Below, one piece after another: positions 61,620 through 64,000 of a stretch of 64,000 bases of DNA; position 1 is the stretch's first letter; every line of letters starts with the position of its first letter. Below the pieces are notes generated by a model. The model worked only from the letters and a program-made list of their open reading frames with translations, was not told the DNA's origin and searched no databases. The translations under genes were made by a program, and so were the position numbers. The DNA comes from Microthyrium microscopicum (lineage: Eukaryota), in assembly GCA_010405405.1 (NCBI GenBank), contig MU004234.1:763818-827817 (forward strand). Direction: 5' to 3'.

Positions 61620-64000
61620 TATCTACAATCTCTCTATAGTATTCTTTCCAGCCAGTACCTAGTATATACTTAATCAAAAAATACTATCATAGGAGACATA
61701 GTTTTATTTATAAAAAAGTATGTCTATAATAAATCATGTCCTAGTATTCTATATAGGCAAAAAAAATATGTATAAGAAGATTAGTTAATAAATAAAGAAG
61801 GCGCAAATTTATAAGGTTCTAAGAAAGGAAAACACGAAAATACGAAAATACGAAAATATAATGACACTATAAAAATACGGAATTACGAAAATTATAAGAT
61901 ATAACGAGTTGGGTTAGGCTACGTAATCTAAATAATAAATATCTTTACTAAAATATTAGGCTAAGATTACTAATACTAAAATAGATACTAGTATCTTTAT
62001 AAATATATACCCCTTTATATCTTATCCTTTAGCTACCCTTTCTAAAATTCTTTTTACTTTTTCTTTATCTCTTATCGTAATCCTTCTAAACTTATTAAAG
62101 TATATAAGCAGTATATAATGTCGTAAAGTAGATATAATAGCTTCTTTATGTCTTATTTTAGACATTGTAGCTATACTCTAGCTAAAGTAGAACATTGTAA
62201 GATTTACTAACACTACTTTAGCATTATTACCTCTTCCCTCCCCCTCCGCCCTATAGTATTTAAGTTAGATACTCTGTAGTTACTATAAGGTTTATTCTAA
62301 TATTAGTCCGTCGTTCTAGAACTTAGTACCTCTTACTTGCAATCTATAGATGCTTTTTTATTTATTTTTCGTAGTGCTTGCATGTCTAATAATATATAAG
62401 GCGTATAGGTAAACTTGTATTATAAGAATATAAGAAATAAAGCGTAGTTGATTACTATGAGAGTCTAAAGGCTTAATATAGTTTTTAGGATATACTAATT
62501 AGGAGATTATATTATCTTTAATTAGGTTCTATAATTATCTAATTTCTTAATATATTCTTTATTATAATATTCTTCTTTACTAGTATAAACTCTTTTAAAA
62601 TTATAAATCCTATAACTATAACTTTAATAAATAAGTAAAATAAAAAGAATATTATAATAACTAATAAAGAACCTTTACTTAGGAACTAGGTTTATTACTT
62701 TAGCTATACTAGATAGTAATCTTAAAAATATTATTCTCTAAGAACTTTTCTTAAGATCTTAGTTAACCTATTATAAATAGTATTTAAGTATTTATAGCTC
62801 TTTAATCCTTTTAGAAAGATTTATCTATATAGGAGCTATTAGTAGTAATATATTAAGAAATTATAAGAAGTTTATATAAGTATACTAAGGTTACTTAATT
62901 TAGTAAAGAATATATATAATCTACGTATTAAGGCTTTAAAAAGTAAAGTTTATAAAAAGTAATATATAAGTAGTAATAAAAAACTAGGTAGTAATTACTA
63001 GTTTAAGTAAATATAAGAATAAGAGCTTAATTTTATATTTATAAAGCTTTATAATTTATTATCTTTTCTTTTTCTTTTTTATTATACTTTTATAATACTT
63101 TTAAGCTATTATGAATCTTATTTATTATCTTTTAGCTACGCTAATGGGCTATGTAGACGCTACTCTTACTTTTAGAAAAACCCCTATAGGGAAACCTATA
63201 ATATTCCTTTAGTTACCTTCTAGTAGCCTTATTCTATTATTGTTGTGATACCCTCTTAGTCTATTGCTTCTAAATAGAAGGACTTATATTATCTCTCTAT
63301 AAACTATAAGCCTACTAAAGGAATTTTAGTTAGTAGGTTAATATAGTGGGTAACTAGTAGTTGCTAATCGCTAAAGGCCCTATGTAGCTTAAGTATGCTA
63401 TACGTTATATAGATTCTATGCTACGCGTTAGGATCTTAATCCTTAATACTATCCCTATTACTAGTTTCCCTTTTAGGACTTATTTATTACTTAATTACTT
63501 AAGGCTATAGCGTCCCTTAAAATAAGTTAGATCTAGCTTCTTAGCGCCTATTTCTATTTAGTGTTGCCTTATTATTAAGTTTTACTATTATAGTTTGACG
63601 AGTTCTTATTAATCTTTCCCTTCTTAAGAGCTTATAGCTATTATCCTCGTATAGTTAATTTTCTATGTAATTTTATAATAGGCGTATATAATGTATATTT
63701 CTAAGTTTTTATAATTAATTTCTGCCCTTAATAGGCTTTAGTATTATTATAACCCTTAGCTATATTAAGCCCTCTCTTTTAATACTTATTAAGCGAGGTA
63801 TCTATAATACCCCTTAGCTAAGTTTTCCCTATTAATTTATACTCTTTAATACTATATAATAGGCTACTAAATAGCTACCTCTAAGTTTCTAGTAGTCTAT
63901 ATAGTCTACCTTTAGAGTATAAAGCATTTTAAATCTGCGTAGTTTTAGTTACTTCTTTTTTTCTAAGTTTCTATTATATCTTCTACTCTTCTTAATTCCT
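61620..64000. mobile_element. AT-rich RIP-degraded repeat block
   Basis: Progressive loss of CpA/TpG, TpA excess and no ORFs. The element family cannot be recognised. Confidence 0.75.

Noticed and set aside
3846..61620. Island as a giant mobile element (Starship)
   Set aside because: No DUF3435 tyrosine-recombinase captain is recognisable at either end, and core housekeeping genes are present.

Overview
Eukaryotic DNA from a filamentous ascomycete, judged by spliceosomal GT-AG introns and RIP-type CpA>TpA damage. A ~57.7-kb gene-rich island (about 3.85-61.6 kb) lies between two extremely AT-rich, RIP-degraded repeat blocks. About 22 protein-coding loci are supported: a truncated ankyrin gene, a QIP/Gfd2-like DEDD nuclease homologue, a hybrid histidine kinase, a calpain-like protease, a SAM methyltransferase, IND1, BFR2, a PfkB kinase, two F-box-like genes, IMP1, an SDR, a highly reducing PKS with a C-terminal carnitine-acyltransferase-like domain, two MFS transporters, an SGNH hydrolase, a GNAT, an AA12-like dehydrogenase and hypothetical proteins. 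The top finding is a 75-aa minus-strand ORF (17678-17905) built of three CAAX-terminated units (ADWGSNWQL-CTVM twice, EFMHTYWS-CNVM once). Its two identical units differ only by synonymous changes, and it sits behind an array of ACAAT (HMG-box-like) promoter repeats. It is a candidate multi-copy prenylated lipopeptide/pheromone precursor encoding two different peptides. Also notable: the PKS-cAT locus, a TRIM-like mini LTR element whose LTRs differ only by RIP changes, and two homologous hairpin elements each just behind a stop codon. All gene models were read by eye and no database searches were run.
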